From an uncultured virus (IMG/VR IMGVR_UViG_3300048592_001370) (lineage: Duplodnaviria; Heunggongvirae; Uroviricota; Caudoviricetes): DNA of 20,000 nt. The notes beneath the pieces were generated by a model. It worked only from the letters and a program-made list of their open reading frames with translations. It was not told where the DNA came from and ran no database searches. Of the stretch, positions 8,653 through 15,818 are shown one piece after another (positions within the stretch are counted from its first letter, which is position 1; each line of letters opens with the position of its first letter). The translations under genes were made by a program, and so were the position numbers. The stretch is from the IMG/VR virus record IMGVR_UViG_3300048592_001370; one strand, written 5' to 3'.

Positions 8653-9344
8653 TTGATCGCCATGTACTCAAAGGAATTGGCAAGGAATTCGGGCAACCGT
8701 TTCATGAATTTGTTGTTGAAGCTAAACATGACGTGGTTGTCGACGTCCCACCAGAAGTTGGTCTTGTCCGGCTCGGTATGTGCGTCTTCCGACTTTCCCT
8801 CTTGGCGCAAAGCGGCCCTGGCGTCGAAGGAAAGCCGGTTCCCAATCTCCAGACGCGTCCATTCTTTGGGGTGGCTTTCATTGTTGATGATCTTGTTCAG
8901 CCAATCCAGGTATTGGGTCCGATCTTCGTCTGTGTCAAAGTTGGCGAAGACCTGCAACGGCGTCATGTGTTCTTCATGATAGACCCAGATATCAGCGAAC
9001 GTGTGTGTCTGATACAGATGGAACTGTGACTCGATGCAACGCAGAGACTTGGGTAGGGCACCAAACTCAAACTCCGCAGCGCCCATGTAGTCCAACGCCA
9101 CGGCTTCTGTCAAGCGGCTCCTTTTGGACAGACGGTTAATGCTTCCGCGCTGGATGAGGTGTGGCTGACGGAACCGAAGTACATCATGGTCGTCATGCGG
9201 CGCGTTTGTTTTGACCGACTTTCGGATAGCGACAAAGTCTGGCTTCGGCGTAGGAAAGGCACTATCGAACACGATCCAACCAGCCTTGATGTACTCCTCG
9301 CTGCGAGCAGCCGGTACATTTTTCGTCATACGATATTGCGGCAT
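8649..9344 (-). CDS. Hypothetical phage protein (DYMGAAEFEFGALP motif)
   Basis: GAGGG RBS before ATG 9344; long ORF with a motif I recall from uncharacterised phage proteins. Confidence 0.75.
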   Translation of the reverse strand: MPQYRMTKNVPAARSEEYIKAGWIVFDSAFPTPKPDFVAIRKSVKTNAPHDDHDVLRFRQPHLIQRGSINRLSKRSRLTEAVALDYMGAAEFEFGALPKSLRCIESQFHLYQTHTFADIWVYHEEHMTPLQVFANFDTDEDRTQYLDWLNKIINNESHPKEWTRLEIGNRLSFDARAALRQEGKSEDAHTEPDKTNFWWDVDNHVMFSFNNKFMKRLPEFLANSFEYMAIK

Positions 9345-9357
9345 TGTCGTCCCTCTC

Positions 9358-9783
9358 TTATTCAACGGGTTTGTATTCCTTGCCTACCAAGCGGAAAGCT
9401 TGCTCCCACGACTTGGGCTGAAGAATACGATAGCTCTCATCTTTGCCATGTTCGTCCTTGTGCTCTTTCAACAGAACAAGGTTGAGCAGCGCGTCGGCCT
9501 TGTCCGAAAGCTCTCGCTGCCGCTTCCTTAACTCCAGTCCAAAACCACCCTTCTTCAAATGGACGTTGACACTGAAGCGCGACGCCAACAGGAACCAATT
9601 GCCGTTCAAGCAGACGGCGTAGCGTTTCCCAACCTTGGCCTCGTTTGCCACCGCACATTGTTTGGCTTCTTGCTCGTCCTCGAAAAGGTTGATCGCAATA
9701 CGAGTACTCCAAGTTCCGCCTCGCGGGATTTTGAACACTTCAAACACTTCAAGAACACCGTCGGAAGAATGAGCTTTTGTCAT
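9358..9783 (-). CDS. Hypothetical protein (141 aa)
   Basis: AGGAAG RBS; co-directional. Confidence 0.7.
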   Translation of the reverse strand: MTKAHSSDGVLEVFEVFKIPRGGTWSTRIAINLFEDEQEAKQCAVANEAKVGKRYAVCLNGNWFLLASRFSVNVHLKKGGFGLELRKRQRELSDKADALLNLVLLKEHKDEHGKDESYRILQPKSWEQAFRLVGKEYKPVE

Positions 9784-9824
9784 CGTGGACTTCCTACATA
9801 AAAGATTTCACAGCGACCTATCTC

Positions 9825-10061
9825 CTAGTCAAACCAAGAGAAGCCGCACTTGGTACAAGTAGTCTCGGAAGCTCCAGTAACTCCTCCGACAGCTTTCAAT
9901 TCATGGTCACAGATAAGAACACGTCGGGCTTGTTTCAAGTTCTCTTCCGCATCTTCCAACCATTGTCGGGCTTTTGCTACGCTACGTTCGCAGGACACTA
10001 CATTGTTCCGCACCGTCTGTTTGCCATGTTCGCTTAACGTCGGTTTCTGCGTTGCCATCAT
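9825..10061 (-). CDS. Hypothetical coiled-coil + Zn-ribbon-like protein
   Basis: CDH...CTKCG at the C-terminus; 4-nt overlap with the upstream gene. Confidence 0.7.
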   Translation of the reverse strand: MMATQKPTLSEHGKQTVRNNVVSCERSVAKARQWLEDAEENLKQARRVLICDHELKAVGGVTGASETTCTKCGFSWFD

Positions 10062-10441
10062 TTTCTCCCGAACGTCTTTGGGTCCATGCCTTCGGTGATG
10101 TAACCATAGGTACCCTTGTTGTACAGAACAGCCACGCGCTTCTGGTTTTGCCTAATTTCGGACTGGGCTTTCGCTTCTCTTTCCGCCATTTCGCCAACGT
10201 AGACTTTGCGAAGTTGCGGCTTTTCCGGAGCCGTCTGAATACTAGGCATTGTAGACACGAGTCGGGACGCGTGCCGTTTCAGCACCGTCCCTAGTGTATC
10301 GGGCAACGCCTTGGCAGGTGGTTTCGCCGAACTGACAGGCCACTTCTGCAACAACTCCTGCCAGTCTCGTCGTAGCTCCTGACGCTTGCGCGTATTCTGT
10401 AGCTTCTTCCGCGGCTTAGACGGAGTGAAAATGATGCCCAT
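10058..10441 (-). CDS. Hypothetical basic phage protein (YNKGTYGYI motif)
   Basis: ATG 10441 lies 1 nt after the AAA ATPase stop. Confidence 0.7.
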   Translation of the reverse strand: MGIIFTPSKPRKKLQNTRKRQELRRDWQELLQKWPVSSAKPPAKALPDTLGTVLKRHASRLVSTMPSIQTAPEKPQLRKVYVGEMAEREAKAQSEIRQNQKRVAVLYNKGTYGYITEGMDPKTFGRK

Positions 10442-10442
10442 G

Positions 10443-11438
10443 TCAGGACTTGGCAAAACCAAAGGCTGGACGGTCTGGCGATTTGTCAGACGAAGGCTTT
10501 GTCCGGAACTGGTCCAGTCTTTCGATAGCCTTCGGTATCGGCATGTTGAAGCAACGTGTCAAGATGATCAACTCACGCAAATGAGCGATTGAGTAACCCT
10601 CGCTCAGCTTCACAAGCTGTGCCAGCTCCAATTCGGAGTAACTCTTCTCCTTGTGTTCAAGGAATGTTTTGCGAGCCTCCGGTGACGGCATGCCGATGTA
10701 GCGAATGGTATCGAAACGGCTGGGACGATCAACAAAACGTCTGTCGAGGCGTTCCGGGTAGTTTGTTGTAGCGACGTAGACGATGTTGTCCACTTGTGAC
10801 TCACCATCCAGCAGAGCGAGGTACTCGTTCTCGCCGTACCTCTCGATCAGGGCATCGATGTCTTCCATGATGGCAATGACAGGTCTCTCAGATTCCACCT
10901 TGCGAAGCATCTGGAGACAGGCTGCCGCACGAGAGGGATGGTCGATAAACACAGCTATCCCATTGCACGTATCGACGATGAGTTTGATTAGGAGTTGTAC
11001 GGTACTGGTCTTTCCGGAGCCCGGTGGCCCCCAGAGCATGATGCCGCGCTTGTGGAGGAAACCCCGGTGTTTGAACGCTTCCTTCATATTGCGGAAGTCG
11101 TCGATCTCTTGCAGGATCTCTTCGCTGACAGTATCTGGAAGAGTGATGAGTTCATCTGTCTTGTTGATCTGCTTGTCGAGATAGGCACCAATGTTTGGAC
11201 TCTCGCCACAGCGGTACAAACCAGGAGGGAGGCTGTCGTAGGTCTGCTTCGACGGCCAGAAAATGTTGTCGGATGCCGACCACATGCGAGTGCCATCAAC
11301 GGAACCAAGATTGAAACTGCTAGTCGTCTCTACAACCGCCTGTGGCTGACACTCGTCTAGAGCGCGTTCTTTATTCCCAGCACTTCGTTTGGCTGTCCCA
11401 ACTTTGTCAAAGAAGCTGGGTTCGGCTTGATCGCTCAT
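10443..11438 (-). CDS. AAA+ ATPase (single domain)
   Basis: Walker A GPPGSGKT, Walker B IMEDID, sensor-1 TTN, arginine finger DRPSRFD. Start trimmed to ATG 11438, downstream of the terminator hairpin. Confidence 0.9.
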   Translation of the reverse strand: MSDQAEPSFFDKVGTAKRSAGNKERALDECQPQAVVETTSSFNLGSVDGTRMWSASDNIFWPSKQTYDSLPPGLYRCGESPNIGAYLDKQINKTDELITLPDTVSEEILQEIDDFRNMKEAFKHRGFLHKRGIMLWGPPGSGKTSTVQLLIKLIVDTCNGIAVFIDHPSRAAACLQMLRKVESERPVIAIMEDIDALIERYGENEYLALLDGESQVDNIVYVATTNYPERLDRRFVDRPSRFDTIRYIGMPSPEARKTFLEHKEKSYSELELAQLVKLSEGYSIAHLRELIILTRCFNMPIPKAIERLDQFRTKPSSDKSPDRPAFGFAKS

Positions 11439-11465
11439 CAATATCACCAATAAAGGTAGAGTCCA

Positions 11466-11508
11466 GAACAACGAAGACAAACCCCGGTGGAAATCCCACC
11501 GGGGTTTG
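11466..11508 (-). terminator. Intrinsic terminator-like hairpin
   Basis: 13-bp perfect stem CAAACCCCGGTGG/CCACCGGGGTTTG (11478-11490 / 11496-11508) followed by an interrupted U-rich tail. Confidence 0.7.
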
Positions 11509-11840
11509 CACAACGATCTCTTTGCTGGTATGCACCAGCCGGATTTTGAGAGGGGATTGGCTCACATCGTAGTCTCCTTCGGCCGGCACCTCGGTCCGGT
11601 ACCGAACAATTCGTTAATCATCCCGTATGTGCAACCGTCGCAAGTCTCCGCGGGTCCAACTCATGAGACTTGCCATGAACAATTTGTGTTTCAAGCCCTG
11701 GCATTAGATAATAGTCTAACGCGCTCTTGTCGCGGTTCTGGAAACGGTGGTCCGAGAGAGGCAGTTCGTACAACGTATAGTGAACGTGCCAGTCAGGGAT
11801 GCTCTTTACCTTTACCCAGACGACGCAACCGGGATCTAAG
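11478..11840 (-). ncRNA. Candidate ~360-nt structured ncRNA of unknown family
   Basis: Gap without a convincing CDS, flanked by TATAAT (11842-11847) and a terminator. Contains many nested helices whose G-U pairs work only on the minus strand. Confidence 0.5.
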
Positions 11841-11871
11841 CATTATAACGTTCCGAGTATGGATTACGTGG

Positions 11872-12798
11872 TCACTCGAATGGTCTTCGCATGATACTTA
11901 GCTCCTTCCCGGTCTTTTTGGCTCCTGGTATCCACGCCGGGGATTCGTGATACCAGAAGAGGATTGTCAGTGCCGCGGCCGAAATGAACTCGGGCAACGA
12001 CGCCAACTCTTGCACTACTTTGCCTTCCCGGATCGTTCCTGTCTTGAAATACTTGGGCAAGTACTCCAATGCCAAGGCCCGATTGCGCGAAAGTCCATAA
12101 TTCGGGAATTGCTGGTTCTGCACCCGCCCCGCAGAGAACATCAAGTTTTCCAAGTTCCGTCCGCAGAAGTCTTGCACGTAGCGGTGGATCGTTCCCGCGA
12201 AGCCGGTGTCGAACAGGATGTCACCGTCGTTGGTCTCAACATTGATCAAGGCCTCGTACAAGTGAACAGATCCGGCAACCATCCGGGACACACAGGGTTC
12301 GTAGACATAGGGTACGGCATGTTTTTCACACAGGATAGCCCAAGGCCACACATCCCGTCCCAACAGTATTACTTTACAACCTGGACGCAGTCGGGAACGC
12401 AAGTCACGGACTGAATTCTTCACCATGGTGTGGATCAGATTGAAACGCCCGTATCCTTTCTGCGACGGCTGTACTACTATTGGATGGCTGCAGATGGAGT
12501 ATTCTTGTAGGGGGTAGTCATGTGCCGTCCTGAGAGCGAACATGTCCTGTACCAAGGAAGGCAGTTGCCAGAATAAAGGACAGGGCCGAGCATTCGGGAA
12601 CCTTGGTAGAGACCACGACAGCAGGGCGCTCTTTATCAGACCCAATTCCGGGTACCGACAGTGCTTGGCTATCCGGTGATTAGACGAGGCCGGCGGCAAT
12701 TGTTCGATCTTGCGGATAGAAGGAAGCACGAAATCTTCGACGTGCTTCCTTATCCAGGACGACTCAGGCGAGCTTGAAGCGTTTGTGTTTTGTTCCAT
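11872..12798 (-). CDS. Hypothetical protein with LLGRD / DTGFAGTI motifs (PRTase-like fold, tentative)
   Basis: VILLGRD...VSR...LFDTGFAGTIH resembles the FLARD..SR..DxGxxGTIQ domain. Confidence 0.65.
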   Translation of the reverse strand: MEQNTNASSSPESSWIRKHVEDFVLPSIRKIEQLPPASSNHRIAKHCRYPELGLIKSALLSWSLPRFPNARPCPLFWQLPSLVQDMFALRTAHDYPLQEYSICSHPIVVQPSQKGYGRFNLIHTMVKNSVRDLRSRLRPGCKVILLGRDVWPWAILCEKHAVPYVYEPCVSRMVAGSVHLYEALINVETNDGDILFDTGFAGTIHRYVQDFCGRNLENLMFSAGRVQNQQFPNYGLSRNRALALEYLPKYFKTGTIREGKVVQELASLPEFISAAALTILFWYHESPAWIPGAKKTGKELSIMRRPFE

Positions 12799-13096
12799 TT
12801 GAGATACTCGCAAACTTGCTGCCGAATGTCACTTTCAAGAACTTCGCCCCTTGTACCCGATAGAAGATGTGCTGCCGGGTTACGTAGATACGGGGCTGCG
12901 GATGCTCCGTCGTTCCTTTTGCGATATTCTGCTGGTACGCGGCAAGGTCTTCAGGAAGGGAGTTAAGCATACGCTTGCAACGCCGAAGGATCTTATCGCT
13001 ACTGGCCGAAGTAGCAACGACCGTCTCGAAATGAGACTCTTCGGCGAAGCAAGGGTTGCTGGAATAGCGGGAAGAAGGGAGTTGAATTTTTGTCAT
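12764..13096 (-). CDS. Hypothetical protein (MTKIQLP...)
   Basis: GAGGG RBS before ATG 13096. Confidence 0.65.
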   Translation of the reverse strand: MTKIQLPSSRYSSNPCFAEESHFETVVATSASSDKILRRCKRMLNSLPEDLAAYQQNIAKGTTEHPQPRIYVTRQHIFYRVQGAKFLKVTFGSKFASISNGTKHKRFKLA

Positions 13097-13109
13097 AAGT
13101 CCCTCGTTG

Positions 13110-13280
13110 TTAGTCGTCGAGAGAGGCAGTAACGATACTGGCCTGCAGGCGCTTGGCCGAACGCTTGGCATTGCTCTTGCTTGCGTAGCCCTCGCCACCG
13201 GTCGCGACCACCTTCTTGTTTTGAGCGATCACGCGCCAGTACCACAATCCGTTCACGGCTTGGAAGTACTCGAATTTCAT
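13110..13280 (-). CDS. YegP/DUF1508 family protein
   Basis: MKFEYFQAVNGLWYWRVIAQNKKVVATGGEGYASKSNAKRSA matches the DUF1508 pattern (WRW.L.A.N..IIA..EGY..K.NA); AGGAGG RBS. Confidence 0.85.
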   Translation of the reverse strand: MKFEYFQAVNGLWYWRVIAQNKKVVATGGEGYASKSNAKRSAKRLQASIVTASLDD

Positions 13281-13302
13281 GATTCCTCCTAAGTTGAAAG
13301 GA

Positions 13303-13672
13303 CCGGCCTTATTTGATAACAAGGAAAGGCCGGCGGAAACCCCGTCGGAGCCGAAGCTCTAAGGATTGCGCCTAGCTACCCTTATCAGGCAGCGAGGCGT
13401 GTCTCCCCGAAATAGCTGTCATCGTTGGCAACTATTGGTTTTGCGCTATTTACGTCAGGCGCCTGACGTGCCGTAACTCCAGGTACTCATTACGCCGTCG
13501 AAGCCATGTCACCCCCAACTGAACAGCCTAACGGCTCTCATAGCAATAGCGCCCACTCGCGGTTACCGCCGAGTTACAACGCTAGGCCGTTCAGGTGGAG
13601 GTGGGCGGAATCGAACCGCCGTCCGACATACCTTTCGCTTTCGTTTTTCGAGCTTTCGCTCACACGACAATT
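13303..13672 (-). ncRNA. ssrA: Circularly permuted (two-piece) tmRNA; tag ANDDSYFGETRLAA
   Basis: Acceptor piece (..GGACGGCGGTTCGATTCCGCCCACCTCCACC, ends 13594) precedes the coding piece (GGGGGTGACATGGCTTCGAC.., starts 13516). Acceptor stem GGGGGUG/CACCUCC has G3-U70. PK1 is ACGTCAG-GCGC-CTGACGT..GCGC. Tag ORF 13429..13385 ends TGA TAA. A 3' hairpin lies at 13303-13333; outer boundaries are approximate. Confidence 0.93.
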
Positions 13673-13674
13673 CT

Positions 13675-13751
13675 TGGTCGGGGTGGTCAGACTCGAACTG
13701 ACGACCCCCTGCTCCCAAAGCAGGTGCGCTACCAGGCTGCGCTACACCCCG
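13675..13751 (-). tRNA. tRNA-Pro(UGG)
   Basis: CGGGGTGTAGCGCAGCCTGGTAGCGCA-CCTGC-TT-TGG-GA-GCAGG-GGGTCGTCAGTTCGAGTCTGACCACCCCGACCA; 77 nt, encoded CCA. Confidence 0.97.
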
Positions 13752-13756
13752 ACGTG

Positions 13757-14074
13757 TTACCAATACCAGGAAGCGTTTCCTTTGCGATTAACCAGAACAG
13801 CGTCTTCGGCGAATCCACCGAGGTAGCGTGCCACCTGCTTCTTGTCTTCCTGGTCATATCGCCTATTATGCATCCGACGATACCAACGAGGAGGACACGC
13901 TTTCGAGTAATCACCGAATCCGTTGTCGCTGTGGAAACGAGCTATCCTTCGTTTTCCTTCTTCGCTGCGAATATCGATCAGGAAGCGCTGAAGAAACGAT
14001 CCAATGTATGTCCAATCGCGCAATTCCCAATCGTACAGATACTTCGCAGACTTCCTTCTGATGGTGCGAGACAT
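13757..14074 (-). CDS. Hypothetical basic protein (MSRTIRRK...), 105 aa
   Basis: R/W-rich ORF ending 5 nt before tRNA-Pro. Confidence 0.75.
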   Translation of the reverse strand: MSRTIRRKSAKYLYDWELRDWTYIGSFLQRFLIDIRSEEGKRRIARFHSDNGFGDYSKACPPRWYRRMHNRRYDQEDKKQVARYLGGFAEDAVLVNRKGNASWYW

Positions 14075-14096
14075 GTTTGCCTTTCGGTTGTTAAAC

Positions 14097-14119
14097 CTAG
14101 TGCGTCATGTCGACCTCCT
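14097..14119 (-). promoter_or_regulatory. Strong SD + 3-codon uORF (ATG ACG CAC TAG)
   Basis: AGGAGG at 14119-14114, ATG at 14108, TAG at 14099-14097. Confidence 0.5.
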
Positions 14120-14136
14120 ATGAGTTAGTTGACCTA

Positions 14137-14154
14137 TATTTACAACTGAAATTA
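14137..14154 (-). promoter_or_regulatory. Repeated intergenic motif TAATTTCAGTTGTAAATA (candidate phage promoter), copy 2
   Basis: 17/18 identical to 7367..7384. Confidence 0.55.
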
Positions 14155-14165
14155 CCACCCGCGGA

Positions 14166-14456
14166 TTACGGGAGTCTGTCCAGAACCGGGTAGTCTTCTT
14201 GCTGCTCCATGTCCGGTAGTTTCGCCAAACGTGGGTGCGACAGGCGAATGACCAACTTGGTCGGGGTGCTTCCCGGAATTTCTCCGATCTCAGCTTTCAT
14301 AAGCCAGCCTTGGCCCTGCTGATCTACCACCTGGGCCAGAATCTCGGTGTGCTCCGGGAGGAACACCGAGTCCTTGATGAATTTGCGCAGACCGTGGAGC
14401 GAGTGGATTTCGCTGTTCAACGTGTCGCGTTTAACGAATGTGTGATTGTCCACCAT
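14166..14456 (-). CDS. Hypothetical protein (96 aa)
   Basis: AAGGA RBS. Confidence 0.7.
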   Translation of the reverse strand: MVDNHTFVKRDTLNSEIHSLHGLRKFIKDSVFLPEHTEILAQVVDQQGQGWLMKAEIGEIPGSTPTKLVIRLSHPRLAKLPDMEQQEDYPVLDRLP

Positions 14457-14470
14457 CTGTAGTTCCTTGT

Positions 14471-15517
14471 TTAATCGTAATCACGCGTGTCTTCTTCTAC
14501 GTCATCCTCGTCCTCGTCATCGACGTCCTCGACGTCCTCGACTTCCTCGTCATCGTCCGCTTCTTCCTCATAGTCCTCGTCTTCGTCCTCGTCTGCGACG
14601 ATGTTAATAAAAGCGTTCCGCGCAGCCGGAGGGAGTTGGCTTTCAAAGACAGCCGAACGTCCGGGGAACGCCGCCTTGAGCGCCTTCATAGCTAAGGCCA
14701 AGATTTCCTTGGTTGGCTTGGCGTTCGAGTTGGCCTTAGCCTGCCTTACGATGACATAGGGCACCATCTCCCCTGTTGCGGGCCGCAGTCTGCTTCGTAC
14801 GCTGCCGCGGTTATCGTGACTGAATTCCCACACTTCAAGGGTGAGCACTGGATTATTGTCCAGCGTCCGCACCGAGTAGATTTCGTATGGTCGTCGACCC
14901 GCTGATCCCTTCGCATGAGTTTGCCAGTACGTCTTGACGCAATTGTTCATGCGCTGACCTTCGAGGATGTAGGCATCCCTCGCGTCGAGCCGAACTAGGC
15001 GATATTGGTCGTTTTCCCACAGCGAGGTAATGTTCTTGAGATCCTCGGACAACACCTTTTCGCGTTGCAGCCGTTTGACCCACGCTTCCGTCTGCTTGCC
15101 CATTTCCGCGACCGTGATGCGCGAAATGTCTTTGTCTGCGAGATCGGCCCGCACATAGTCATACCAGTGCCCGATGCGAGATTCGTACTCCTCCTCGTTT
15201 ATGGAGATGTAGTGAATATCGTCCCCTTCGGCAAACGCTCGCTCGAACCACTCCGGCTGTTCGCTCTTTTTGAGGAAGCGGAACTTGTTTTTCATGCGGT
15301 CCGGTGTGCCGCCTACAGCCACCGCCATAGCGTGTAACAGACTACGCAGGTTGGCAGGCAAACAGAGCAGTGACTTCTCCTCTTTGAGGATGTAGTTTCT
15401 CAGATTTCTGCGAAGCCACTGCTGGAAAGGTTTCGACTTTCCGCGTATTTGGAGATCGAGGAAGGCCTCGATCTCCGCGACGTTAAGGATGTTGCGACCA
15501 TTGTTTTCTTTCTTCAT
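14471..15517 (-). CDS. PcfJ-like domain protein with acidic C-terminal tail
   Basis: LEGQRMNNCVKTY..IYSVR..LTLEV..QAKANSN matches the PcfJ-like EG..M.HCV..Y signature; ~38-residue D/E-rich tail. Confidence 0.75.
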   Translation of the reverse strand: MKKENNGRNILNVAEIEAFLDLQIRGKSKPFQQWLRRNLRNYILKEEKSLLCLPANLRSLLHAMAVAVGGTPDRMKNKFRFLKKSEQPEWFERAFAEGDDIHYISINEEEYESRIGHWYDYVRADLADKDISRITVAEMGKQTEAWVKRLQREKVLSEDLKNITSLWENDQYRLVRLDARDAYILEGQRMNNCVKTYWQTHAKGSAGRRPYEIYSVRTLDNNPVLTLEVWEFSHDNRGSVRSRLRPATGEMVPYVIVRQAKANSNAKPTKEILALAMKALKAAFPGRSAVFESQLPPAARNAFINIVADEDEDEDYEEEADDDEEVEDVEDVDDEDEDDVEEDTRDYD

Positions 15518-15541
15518 GGTAAGAACCTCCGAAACAGAGGG

Positions 15542-15781
15542 TTAGAGCAGTTCGCCGTCCCGTAGTTTGGTCAGCAGGGTCTGCGCTTGGGACGGAGTTG
15601 AGAACGCGAGCGTTGCCAGCGCCTGGACCGTTTTGGGAATACGGCGACCGGACTCGTAACGCGAACCACCGCTTTGTGTCACGCCTACCCGTGACCAGAA
15701 AGTCTGCTGGTTGACGCCGAGTTCCTTGCGGGCCTTCTTCACTTCCTCGCCGGTGCTGATGAGCTTGATTTTTGCAGCCAT
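15542..15781 (-). CDS. XRE-family helix-turn-helix regulator
   Basis: RKELGVNQQTFWSRVGVTQSGGSRYESGRRIP, the pattern of the small betaproteobacterial XRE/RsaL-like regulators; AGGAG RBS. Confidence 0.9.
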   Translation of the reverse strand: MAAKIKLISTGEEVKKARKELGVNQQTFWSRVGVTQSGGSRYESGRRIPKTVQALATLAFSTPSQAQTLLTKLRDGELL

Positions 15782-15818
15782 GCTATTCTCCTAAGTTAAG
15801 GGACTACGGGTTTACAAC

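Noticed and set aside
11439..11513. N-terminal hydrophobic extension of the AAA ATPase
   Set aside because: Runs through the terminator hairpin; ATG 11438 with a GGTGA RBS is more plausible.
11407..11589. 60-aa minus-strand ORF (and a start-less ~74-codon frame at ~11617-11842)
   Set aside because: The first reads through the terminator and overlaps the ATPase; the second lacks a start and RBS at its 5' end. Not fully excluded, since an AAGGAG precedes ATGTGA at ~11564.
11660..11720. GAGACT...ATAGTCT on the plus strand resembling group I P7
   Set aside because: Opposite to transcription direction, no P3/P4/P6 core and no interrupted host gene.
11478..11840. RNase P RNA (similar length)
   Set aside because: No GAGGAAAGUCC / AACAGAA P4 signatures found.
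13563..13763. 66-aa ORF
   Set aside because: It is a translation of tRNA-Pro and the tmRNA acceptor piece.
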